A stretch of 64,000 nt of DNA, from positions 35,147 through 99,146 of the forward strand of contig CAWEKF010000003.1 in the NCBI GenBank assembly GCA_963809705.1, written 5' to 3'. Origin of the DNA: an uncultured Solirubrobacterales bacterium (lineage in GTDB: Bacteria > Actinomycetota > Thermoleophilia > Solirubrobacterales > Solirubrobacteraceae). Under the pieces are notes generated by a model. It was given only the letters and a program-made list of their open reading frames with translations. It did no database searches and was not told the origin of the DNA. Shown piece after piece: positions 56,305-64,000 of this stretch. The translations under genes were made by a program, and so were the position numbers. Every line of letters begins with the position of its first letter. Positions within the stretch are counted from its first letter, which is position 1.

Positions 56305-57537
56305 TTATGGGGTTGGTGGCGCTCCGGTCGTTGCGGCGATGCTGTCGATCGTCTCCTGCGCGATCGAATAGCGGACGATTGCTTTGCGGGCTATTGCGGT
56401 CGCTTGACGGGGCGACGCGAGTGCGTGAGCGGTGACGAACACAAGCGCTGCTGCGCTCGGTGGATCCCGGATGACAGGAGTGAGCTGCTCGGCGCCGGCG
56501 TGGTAGCAGCCGCGGTGCGCGAGCGCCCGCGCGAGTTGCGCTGTGACGGCTCGCCGAGTGCCGTCGTATGCGGCCGCGCCGAGGATCAGCGCGATCGTGC
56601 CGTGGGTTCGAATACCCACGCGACCTGTCGGCGGAGGGGATGTGAGCCGCTCGCCGGTCGTGAGACGGACCTGCAGGTCTGGAATGTTGACTCCGCTCGC
56701 GGTCGCGTTGCCCGGCTCAACTGTTCGTGGGTTGCACTCGATGTAGCTCGGGTTGCCCTGCTCGTGGAGGTAGTCGAGCGTCAGCCCTCCGTGCCACGTG
56801 AGCGCTTCGCCGAGCATGGCGATATCGCGGCGCGGTCTCGGATGATCGACGCTCAGACGGGCGGCGGCGCTCGGGCCGATCCCGATTCCGGTTTGAACGC
56901 ACGTGTGAGCGGCCACGAGCCGCCCGCGATCAAATAGACCTTGAACCTGGCCGTACTGCCCGACGGCTGGCTCTTGCGCCATCACTGGCCCGCTGGTCTG
57001 CTCGAGCAACTCGCGCTCAGCCTCCGCACGCGAACGCTCATCGGCCACCAGACGCACACCGCGGCCGGCTGTGCTGAAAGCGGTCTTGAGCCAGTAAGGG
57101 AACGAAAGACCTTCGAGATCGCTGTTCCCTCTGACGAGTCGCCATCGCGGCTGAGCAAGCCCGATCTCGTCGAGCAGTCGGGCGAACTCGACCTTGCTCT
57201 GGACGCGGTCAAACGACGCCGCGTCCGCAACAGCGACCGGCACATCCGATAGTTCAGGCTTGGCGGCGGCGAACAGCCAAGCCTGCTCATGCGTAGGCAA
57301 CACCACGTCGATCCGGCGTTCGGCCACCACTCGCTTGACGGTCTCCAAGTAGCCGAGGGGATCGGCGCCAGAGCGCGGGCAGCGATGGATCCTGCGCATC
57401 CAACGGCTGAACCGCGCGATACAAAGCGGGTCGGGATCGAGCGCCTCCAGGTGGTAGCCGACCGGCCCCAAACACGTCACCACCTCCCGAGAGGTCAAAC
57501 TCGACCCCTCTGAAAGCAGTACACGGATCCGATCCAC
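56305..57537 (-). CDS. ATP-grasp domain protein
   Basis: IDVVLPTHE, SKVEF, PYWLK....AGRGV, YIECNPR. Confidence 0.82.
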   Translation of the reverse strand: MDRIRVLLSEGSSLTSREVVTCLGPVGYHLEALDPDPLCIARFSRWMRRIHRCPRSGADPLGYLETVKRVVAERRIDVVLPTHEQAWLFAAAKPELSDVPVAVADAASFDRVQSKVEFARLLDEIGLAQPRWRLVRGNSDLEGLSFPYWLKTAFSTAGRGVRLVADERSRAEAERELLEQTSGPVMAQEPAVGQYGQVQGLFDRGRLVAAHTCVQTGIGIGPSAAARLSVDHPRPRRDIAMLGEALTWHGGLTLDYLHEQGNPSYIECNPRTVEPGNATASGVNIPDLQVRLTTGERLTSPPPTGRVGIRTHGTIALILGAAAYDGTRRAVTAQLARALAHRGCYHAGAEQLTPVIRDPPSAAALVFVTAHALASPRQATAIARKAIVRYSIAQETIDSIAATTGAPPTP

Positions 57538-57811
57538 ACCAGCCAGTATCCCAGTTGCCGCCCAAATGGATGCTGGACCTGGTCGGCCCGCGGTTGGCCT
57601 CTCCTTTCTACCGGGAGCGGAAAGCCGGCGCCTGGGAGGCCTCGTCACGGCCAGATCTGCGCCCAGCCCGCCCACAAGGCGGCCTCCGGGCGATCATCTC
57701 ACCCCGTAGAGCGATCGCACTGAGAGGTCGTTAGATTTCAGGTCGACTCGAAGGCGTCGATGGTCCTGTACCTGCAGGCGCGTGGCAATCGAATGGAACG
57801 GTGGTGGTGTT

Positions 57812-58222
57812 GTGTTCAAGCGAGTGTTGGCGGTCTCTATGTTGAGCTTCGCGGCAATCGGCGGGGTGGCCTTCGCAGGCTCGTCGAGCTCCCCAAAGCC
57901 GGGTCAGCTCTACACGTCGGAATTCCTTACCGTGACTGTGGGCAAGCCGGCGACCAAGGCCCGCGTGTTCGTAGAGTGCCTGCCCACATCCGGCGCGGCT
58001 GGCGGTCAGTGGCTCGGGACCGTCAAGCTGACGCATGGCTCGTTCAAGCTCGCCAAGCAGAGCACGATCCATAAGCTCCCAAGCGGCACGACCACTGGCG
58101 TGGTCGACGTTACAGGTAAGTTCACGGGCGGCGAGTTCCAGGGCGCCTGGCAGCTAGGTGGCTTCGCTTGTCCCAAGACGAGCTATCGGACGAAAGCTGG
58201 AGCTGGCGGCTCGGGCGGTTAG
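57812..58222 (+). CDS. Small secreted hypothetical protein
   Basis: Signal peptide MFKRVLAVSMLSFAAIGGVAFA; two Cys. Confidence 0.6.
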   Translation: MFKRVLAVSMLSFAAIGGVAFAGSSSSPKPGQLYTSEFLTVTVGKPATKARVFVECLPTSGAAGGQWLGTVKLTHGSFKLAKQSTIHKLPSGTTTGVVDVTGKFTGGEFQGAWQLGGFACPKTSYRTKAGAGGSGG

Positions 58223-59047
58223 CGCTCTCGGGCGGAATGGCCGCTGCTCGTCGTGGCCTCGACCGACGATCCGGCAGGTCGCCTCGGGCACCTCATTCCA
58301 CACTCCGGGGATGTCGCCAAGCGGCTCCGAGACGACCATGCGCGCGTCCTCTGACACCTGCTCGTATAGCTCCCGTTCGGGATAGAGCTTGCGCAGCGTC
58401 CGCACATCGGTCGTGTAGAAGAGCGAGCGGGATTTTCCCTCGCTCGAATACCGGAATGCCCAGATGGCCTCACCACTGGTCGTGGCGATCGTGCCCTGAA
58501 ACGGATTGACGATCCCATGCCGGCCTGCCACCTCCTCCACCAGCCCGACGGCGTGCTCGATCGCGGCGGGCGGGTCGTCCTCGAGGCCGAAGGTGAGGGC
58601 CAGAAAGAACAGTATCTCGGAGTCGGTCTGTCCCGCGATCTGCGGATACAGCGACGGATCGACCGCAAGCACGAGGTCGCGCTTGATCGCGGCGAACTCG
58701 TTGATATAGCCGTTGTGCATGAATAGCCAGCGGTCGTGGCGGAACGGGTGGCAGTTCGTCTGTTGGACGGAGCTGCCGATCGCCGCGCGGATATGAGCGA
58801 AGAAGTTCGACGAGCTGATGTGCTCGGAGAGCTCGTGCAGGTTTTTGTCGTTCCACGCCGGCTCGGTGCTGTGGAAGACGCCTGGAGTCGGCAGCTCGCC
58901 ATACCAGCCGATGCCGAAGCCGTCACCGTTCGTCGTCTCTGCCCCGAGCCGCGAGTGCAGACTCTGTTCAATCAGCGAATTGGCTGGCCCATACAGCGCT
59001 TCCTTGAGCAGAAGGGGAGATCCTGAATACGCGAGCCAGCGGCACAT
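58154..59047 (-). CDS. Class II glutamine amidotransferase (EgtC/YafJ-like)
   Basis: MCRWLAY N-terminal Cys, NGDGFGIGWY, HIRAA, NCHPF, MHNG, TDSE. Confidence 0.93.
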   Translation of the reverse strand: MCRWLAYSGSPLLLKEALYGPANSLIEQSLHSRLGAETTNGDGFGIGWYGELPTPGVFHSTEPAWNDKNLHELSEHISSSNFFAHIRAAIGSSVQQTNCHPFRHDRWLFMHNGYINEFAAIKRDLVLAVDPSLYPQIAGQTDSEILFFLALTFGLEDDPPAAIEHAVGLVEEVAGRHGIVNPFQGTIATTSGEAIWAFRYSSEGKSRSLFYTTDVRTLRKLYPERELYEQVSEDARMVVSEPLGDIPGVWNEVPEATCRIVGRGHDEQRPFRPRALTARAASSSFRPIARLGTSEAT

Positions 59048-59051
59048 AAGC

Positions 59052-59732
59052 TCATGCTCGAGGGGGCGCGTTGGGCGGCGGCGGCTCGCCGCCCGATGCT
59101 GGGCCCACCGTCCCGTCGCTCGGTGAGCTGCCCTTTCGGCCGCGCTGAATCATGGTGATAATCAAGATCGCGCCGCCGACAACGGCAGCGCCGATCAGTG
59201 CCCAAGCCCACCCCGGCAGACCGCTCGATTCCGAGGATGGCTCTTTGTTTGCGGCCGCGGCGGCGCCGGCTGCCGCTGCCGCCGCCGGAGCGTGGCTGGT
59301 CGACGTCGTGGTTGTCGCGGTCGGGGTGGTCGGAGTGGTGACGGTCTGCGTTTTGACGACGGTGTTCGTCTGTGTGGGCGTGGTCACGGTCGTCGTCTTC
59401 GACGGTGCGGTGACCGTCTTAGTCTGAGTAACCGTCTGAGCTTGCGTCGGTGTGGTGCTCGTGGTGGTCGGAGTGGTGGCGGCAGCTGCGGTCGTCGCCG
59501 ACTTTGTTTGCGCCGACGCGGTCGCTGTTTGGTTCTGGGAAGGCTGTGTCTCGGTCTTGGCCTGCGTGGCGGTTGGCGTACTGCCGCTTGTGCTCGCGGT
59601 CGTTCCCTCGGCACGGCTGGAGGCGGTCTGACTCAGGCTGCTGGCCACGCTCGCCGCCCCGCCTGAGCCGCACGCGGCCAAGGCGAATAGAGAGAGGCCC
59701 AGCACGCCCACCTGAAAAGCCCAGCGCGTCAC
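59052..59732 (-). CDS. Thr-rich putative lipoprotein with C-terminal TM helix
   Basis: Lipobox LAAC, T/Q-rich stalk, WAWALIGAAVVGGAILIITMI followed by QRGRK. Confidence 0.65.
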   Translation of the reverse strand: MTRWAFQVGVLGLSLFALAACGSGGAASVASSLSQTASSRAEGTTASTSGSTPTATQAKTETQPSQNQTATASAQTKSATTAAAATTPTTTSTTPTQAQTVTQTKTVTAPSKTTTVTTPTQTNTVVKTQTVTTPTTPTATTTTSTSHAPAAAAAAGAAAAANKEPSSESSGLPGWAWALIGAAVVGGAILIITMIQRGRKGSSPSDGTVGPASGGEPPPPNAPPRA

Positions 59733-59999
59733 GATCTTGCCCCGGCGATTGTGGTGAAGGTTTGTATGACAGCCGAAGCCGCGATTCGACTGCGGGATCG
59801 AAGTCGCCGCAGACTTAGACACCGACACCGGGCGACCAACTGTTGGTTCCATTAGCCGCCACTGGCACAGAATAAGTGGACCATCATCGGGCGTCCTCCC
59901 GGGATGACCGCAGATCGGAGTAAGGTTAACTACATACGGGTTAACTACGTAGTCTCCCGTGACCCGCGCGCCCGTCCCGAAGCTCGGGCTGCCCACGGG

Positions 60000-61947
60000 C
60001 TAGTCTCGTTTTCCGCAGTTTGGTGGTGCTACCTCTCTTGTGCTGGCCAGGGGGGCTGGATTTCGAGCAGGTCTAGGATTCGTTTTTGTGTTGGGGTGAG
60101 GCGGTCGAGGCGTGGGCCGTTTGTGGTGTAGGTGATGCCGAGCCCTTGAAAGGCGGCGAGGGTGTTGCGGGCGGTGGGCTTGGCGAGTCTTTCCTCGGGC
60201 AGGAGTGTGAGCAGTTGCTGTCCGTCTGCGGCGAGTGCTTGGCGTAGTTGTGACTCGATCAGGCCGAAGATGAGGAGTGCGATTCCGATGATGCTGATGA
60301 GCGCGTAGACACGGTCGTCGTTGTGCAGGAAGATCGGGCGGACCTTCAGCGTTTGCTTGAGGTCGCGGTGGCGGCGCTCGACGATCTGCTGGTCCTTGTA
60401 GAGTCGCAGCACGCGCTCGGCCGAGAGACGGCCTTTGAGGTTGCTCGCGAGTGCATAGACGCCATCGGTCAGGCTGGCATTCTCGATCGCTGTCTCGTTG
60501 CGCTGCCAGCTGATCGTGGGCTTGTCAGCGTGCTCACCGACAGTGACTGAGATCAGCTCCCTGATGTTCTCACCGATGATCTGACCGACGCGCCGCTGTA
60601 CTTGATCGGTCGTTTTGTAGTGGCGTCCGCCGAGCCCGCGCTGCACGCGCGCCAGGGCATCTTCTGCCTTTGACAGTGCGCGCTCGCGGGCGAGGGCGAC
60701 CTCTTCGTGCTCCTCGGAGGAGTGGATATACGCCACACGAAAGCGGCGGTGCTCGCCAGTCTCAGGGTCTTCCACCTCCCAGTCGCGCAGCGCGCCGCGG
60801 TAGCGGGTGCGCAGCCTGGGCTGTAGACGGCGCTCGCGCTCTGCCACGTAGCGCAGGGGTCTGAGCATCCGCTCTGCGCCCTCGGTGAGATACCGCTCTC
60901 TGAAGCCAGTGTTCACCTTCAGCGGCACGATGAACTGTAGGCCGGCACGCTCGATTTGACACAGCGGCTTGGGTTGCCCCAGCGCTGAATCGCAGATCAT
61001 TAGCATCCCGGGCTTTGCGAAACGGAGCAGCCGCTCCAGACAGGCTCCGACGAGCGCAAGCTCAGAAGCGTTACCGGGATCGGGGCGCAAATACAGCGAG
61101 ACGCCATCAGCGCTTGCTGCCTGCAGCGTGCGCACCTGGCGCTCCACACGGCGGTCTGAGCTCCACCCCTTGGCGATCAGCGCGGAGTCCTCATAGGCTC
61201 CTGAGACCTTCACCGTCGTGAGATCGACGTGTAGGCGGGCGGCGTCCACGCCGAAGCGCTCGATCGCTCTCGCGGCGAGAAGCCCGCGCACATGCTCGGC
61301 GTAGACGGCGAAGCTCTCAAGCGCGCGGCCCAGACGATCATCGTTGAGAAGCTCCGCCGGGGTCCCGAAGAGCTCGTGCACCGCCGCGCCCGAGGCCCAG
61401 CCCGAGATGTCATAGAGCGGGGAAGGCGAACACAACCTGCTGGCCACCAGCGCACAGACCGCCTCCCCGACTGACAGTGTCGAGCGCGCAGAGCGTGGCA
61501 AAGCGCCATCTATCGTGCCGGCGACATCGAGCTCGCGCAAAAACCGCCACGCCAACAACAATGCCCCGACATCCCGGCGGGTGCCCGCAAGCGGCGGGTC
61601 CAGACGCGCGAAAGAGCCAGCGAGCGCCTCCAGCTGCCCCGAGGCCTTCAGCGTCTCCTTGCGACCAAGGTTTGCCACAACACGATGGCGCACCCTGCCA
61701 CGCTCATCGCGATAGCCCTCCACCATCTGAAGGTACGTATAGGCGCGAGAACCACGCCTGACAACGGTCTCCTTGACGAACATGTCGCCACAACCATAAC
61801 CGCCCTATCGGACGGAACCACAGCCAACATACGCAACCTGTTGCCACAACAAGCTACGGCTCCCCCCGCAACGAACACCCCACAAACCCCCATCCCACCA
61901 GCAAAACCAGCACCGCTACCCGCGCCCAACCGCGGAAAATGGGCTAG
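60000..61947 (-). mobile_element. IS1634-family insertion sequence
   Basis: Imperfect terminal inverted repeats CTAGTCTCGTTTTCCGCAGTT and (reverse complement) CTAGCCCATTTTCCGCGGTT around the transposase. Confidence 0.8.
60029..61783 (-). CDS. IS1634-family DDE transposase
   Basis: YLQMVEGYRD...RVVANLGR, LNDDRLGRAL, HVDLT, ICDS, YK....VERRHRDLK...RPIFL. Confidence 0.92.
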   Translation of the reverse strand: MFVKETVVRRGSRAYTYLQMVEGYRDERGRVRHRVVANLGRKETLKASGQLEALAGSFARLDPPLAGTRRDVGALLLAWRFLRELDVAGTIDGALPRSARSTLSVGEAVCALVASRLCSPSPLYDISGWASGAAVHELFGTPAELLNDDRLGRALESFAVYAEHVRGLLAARAIERFGVDAARLHVDLTTVKVSGAYEDSALIAKGWSSDRRVERQVRTLQAASADGVSLYLRPDPGNASELALVGACLERLLRFAKPGMLMICDSALGQPKPLCQIERAGLQFIVPLKVNTGFRERYLTEGAERMLRPLRYVAERERRLQPRLRTRYRGALRDWEVEDPETGEHRRFRVAYIHSSEEHEEVALARERALSKAEDALARVQRGLGGRHYKTTDQVQRRVGQIIGENIRELISVTVGEHADKPTISWQRNETAIENASLTDGVYALASNLKGRLSAERVLRLYKDQQIVERRHRDLKQTLKVRPIFLHNDDRVYALISIIGIALLIFGLIESQLRQALAADGQQLLTLLPEERLAKPTARNTLAAFQGLGITYTTNGPRLDRLTPTQKRILDLLEIQPPWPAQER

Positions 61948-62171
61948 TCGTCGAACACGCTGGCTGAGGACAGCAGGCGCGCGAGCTCGGGAACCGAGCT
62001 CTTCGCTTGCCGTGTCCGGGGATATGCGCGACGATTGTGAACGTGGCCGACTCACAGACCGTAGCCATGGGTGCATCCGCCGCGCAAACGTCGCAGTCGC
62101 TGGCTCCGCACACAGTCGGCCGTGCCCACTACTCGGCAGACCCGTCCAAGTGGACTAGAGAAAGGAACAGG

Positions 62172-62540
62172 ATGATCAAGCGAATCGATGACATGCCGAC
62201 AGGAACGATCGGCTTCAGGGCCAACGGCAAGCTCACCCGCGACGACTACCGCCAGGTTCTGGAGCCGGTCCTGCGCAAGGCCGCAGAGTCCGGAGAGATC
62301 CGCATGCTCTTCATGCTCACCAGCTTCGAGGGGCTGGAGCCCACAGCCTGGTTCGATGACATCAAGACCGGGCTTGGACTGGGTATCGGACACCACTCGG
62401 CATGGAAGCGCTCCGCAATCGTGACCGATGTGGAATGGATCGGGAAGGCATACCGGATGTTCGCCTGGATGACTCCCGGCGAAGTCAATGTCTACAAACT
62501 CGACCTCCTCGACGAGGCCAAGAGATGGGTCGCGGCCTGA
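62172..62540 (+). CDS. SpoIIAA-like (STAS/SEC14) protein
   Basis: GKLTRDDY, AIVTDVEW, LDEAKRW; AAGGA RBS. Confidence 0.85.
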   Translation: MIKRIDDMPTGTIGFRANGKLTRDDYRQVLEPVLRKAAESGEIRMLFMLTSFEGLEPTAWFDDIKTGLGLGIGHHSAWKRSAIVTDVEWIGKAYRMFAWMTPGEVNVYKLDLLDEAKRWVAA

Positions 62541-62577
62541 GCAGCGGCGAAAGCGCCCGACCAGCGTGGCAGGCCGG

Positions 62578-62781
62578 TTAAGAGCGCTGTGTGCGCTTGC
62601 GCTGCCACGCCAATACGACGCCGGCTGCCCCGAGTGCGCTCAAACCGCTTGTCACCGTCGCGGCGAGTGCGAGACGGGAGAGCATGCGCCGGACCCGTCG
62701 GCGTATGTAAAGGAACCCCGCCGTCGTTGCTGTGGCTAGGAGCGCATCGTCGATCTGGCGCTCGATTCGCTTGGTTGGCAT
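62578..62781 (-). CDS. Small membrane protein
   Basis: MPTKRIERQIDDALL... with a hydrophobic C-terminus; TAGACT -10 box upstream. Confidence 0.5.
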   Translation of the reverse strand: MPTKRIERQIDDALLATATTAGFLYIRRRVRRMLSRLALAATVTSGLSALGAAGVVLAWQRKRTQRS

Positions 62782-62869
62782 GCCCAGCGAGTCTACATCG
62801 AGCATGTCCCACACACGGGACCGCCTAGACCCTATGTCGGTTAGCCCGTGGGGTTGATCGGTGTGGTGG

Positions 62870-62951
62870 ATGGCCGGACACTCCTCGCGGGGGTTTGTCT
62901 GGTCGGAGAGAAGGCTCCGGCTGACCCAATGAGATGAGGAGGTCCGGCCAT
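62870..62951 (+). ncRNA. Structured IS110 left-end leader, candidate bridge-RNA loop
   Basis: ATGGCCGGACACTCCTC (62870-62886) pairs with GAGGAGGTCCGGCCAT (62936-62951); inner hairpin 62901-62922; two unpaired strands of about 14 nt. Confidence 0.5.
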
Positions 62952-64000
62952 GCCGGTAACGATGACGTGGGTGGGGCTTGATGTCCATGCCCGTTCGACG
63001 CACGCGGCAGCGATCGACGCGATGACGGGGGAGTTGCTGCGTGCGCGGTTTGGGCCTGGGATCGAGGGGCCTGTGGCGTGGCTTTGCGAGTTGCCTGGTC
63101 CGGTTCGCGCTTGTTATGAGGCTGGTCCCACCGGGTTCGGGCTCTACCGAGCGGCGAGGGCGGCCGGGATCGGTGTGCAGGTCATTGCGCCGGGCAGAAC
63201 GCCGCGCGGTCCCTCAGATCGGGTCAAGACCGACCGCAAGGATGCAGAGTTGCTCGCGAGGTTGTTGCTGGCGGGATCGTTGACACGCGTTGTCGTGCCG
63301 GCGCCCGAGGTCGAGGCGGCGCGGGAGATGACACGTACGCATGATGCTTGTCGGCGGGATCTGATGAACGCTCGCCACCGTGTGTCGAAGATGTTGTTGC
63401 GTCACGGGCGCGTCTATCCGAAGTCGACGACCTGGACGGTCGAGCATCGCAAGTGGCTCTCTGCACAACAGTTTGAGGAGCCCGCCAGCGACCTCGTGTT
63501 CGCCGACCTCATCGCGGCGGTCGACGGGTTGACGTCACGCAAGAGCGCGATCGCGCTGCGGCTCTCGGAGATGGCTACCGACGAGCGCTGGTGGCCGACC
63601 GTTGCGAGGCTCAGAGCGTTCCGGGGGATCGACACGCTGACCGCGTTCTCGCTTCACCTGGAGGCTCGGCGCGGACTGGAAGCGTTTCCAGCAGCGCCAG
63701 CGCTCTCGGCGTGGCTCGGGTTGACACCATCGCTGAACCAGTCCGGGGAGTCCTCGCGCCAGGGCGCGATCACCAAGACCGGTTCGATGCTCGCCCGGCG
63801 ACTGCTGGTCGAGTCCGCCTGGCACTACAGCCGCCAACCCAGGTTGGGAGCAACGCTCGCCAACCGTCAAACCGGCCAGCCCGATCACATCCTCGCTATC
63901 GCAAACCATGCTCAGCAACGCCTCTATCGCGTGAACCGCTCGATGCGTTCGCGAGGCAAGCCACACAATCTCACCGTCGTCGCGTGCGCGCGTCAACTGG
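62950..64000 (+). CDS. IS110-family (DEDD) recombinase/transposase, runs off the right edge
   Basis: WVGLDVH, CYEAGPTG, KTDRKDA, LGLTPSLNQSG, ITKTG, LLVESAWHY; short compensated frameshift at about 63660-63695. Confidence 0.93.
   Translation, partial: MPVTMTWVGLDVHARSTHAAAIDAMTGELLRARFGPGIEGPVAWLCELPGPVRACYEAGPTGFGLYRAARAAGIGVQVIAPGRTPRGPSDRVKTDRKDAELLARLLLAGSLTRVVVPAPEVEAAREMTRTHDACRRDLMNARHRVSKMLLRHGRVYPKSTTWTVEHRKWLSAQQFEEPASDLVFADLIAAVDGLTSRKSAIALRLSEMATDERWWPTVARLRAFRGIDTLTAFSLHLEARRGLEAFPAAPALSAWLGLTPSLNQSGESSRQGAITKTGSMLARRLLVESAWHYSRQPRLGATLANRQTGQPDHILAIANHAQQRLYRVNRSMRSRGKPHNLTVVACARQL

Overview
High-GC actinobacterial chromosomal window; gene content and style suggest Thermoleophilia/Solirubrobacterales (inference). 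The left end (1-3.5 kb) is a decayed integrative element: a PD-(D/E)xK/DUF4365-like nuclease gene running off the window, an excisionase-like HTH gene, an internally deleted tyrosine integrase, and an HTH gene followed by an MntA-HepT toxin-antitoxin pair. The middle is mostly ordinary metabolic and envelope genes (NfeD-slipin, GT4/amylo-glucosidase, DUF1800-DUF1501-cupredoxin, MFS pumps, tandem peptidase E, flavin monooxygenase, cold-shock protein, SF2 helicase, rpiA, DsbA-VKOR, orphan DNA methyltransferase, GMC oxidoreductase cluster), with tRNA-Arg(TCT), tRNA-Leu(CAG) and tRNA-Glu(CTC). Three things stand out. (1) Two copies (10709-10818 and 21295-21400, opposite orientation) of a ~110-bp non-coding element made of three abutting perfect 22-24-bp palindromes, all centred on CATG, whose arms differ between copies while remaining perfectly symmetric. 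(2) A 3.4-kb integrative element at tRNA-Glu, bounded by a 28-bp att duplication, carrying only an integrase and two coupled P-loop ATPases (one with a C-terminal wHTH) behind a palindromic operator; the integrase ORF reads through the att site. (3) An IS110 element with a structured, bridge-RNA-like leader. An IS1634 element is also present. Several genes carry single-base frameshifts that look like long-read assembly errors. All family assignments come from motif recognition by eye, not database searches.
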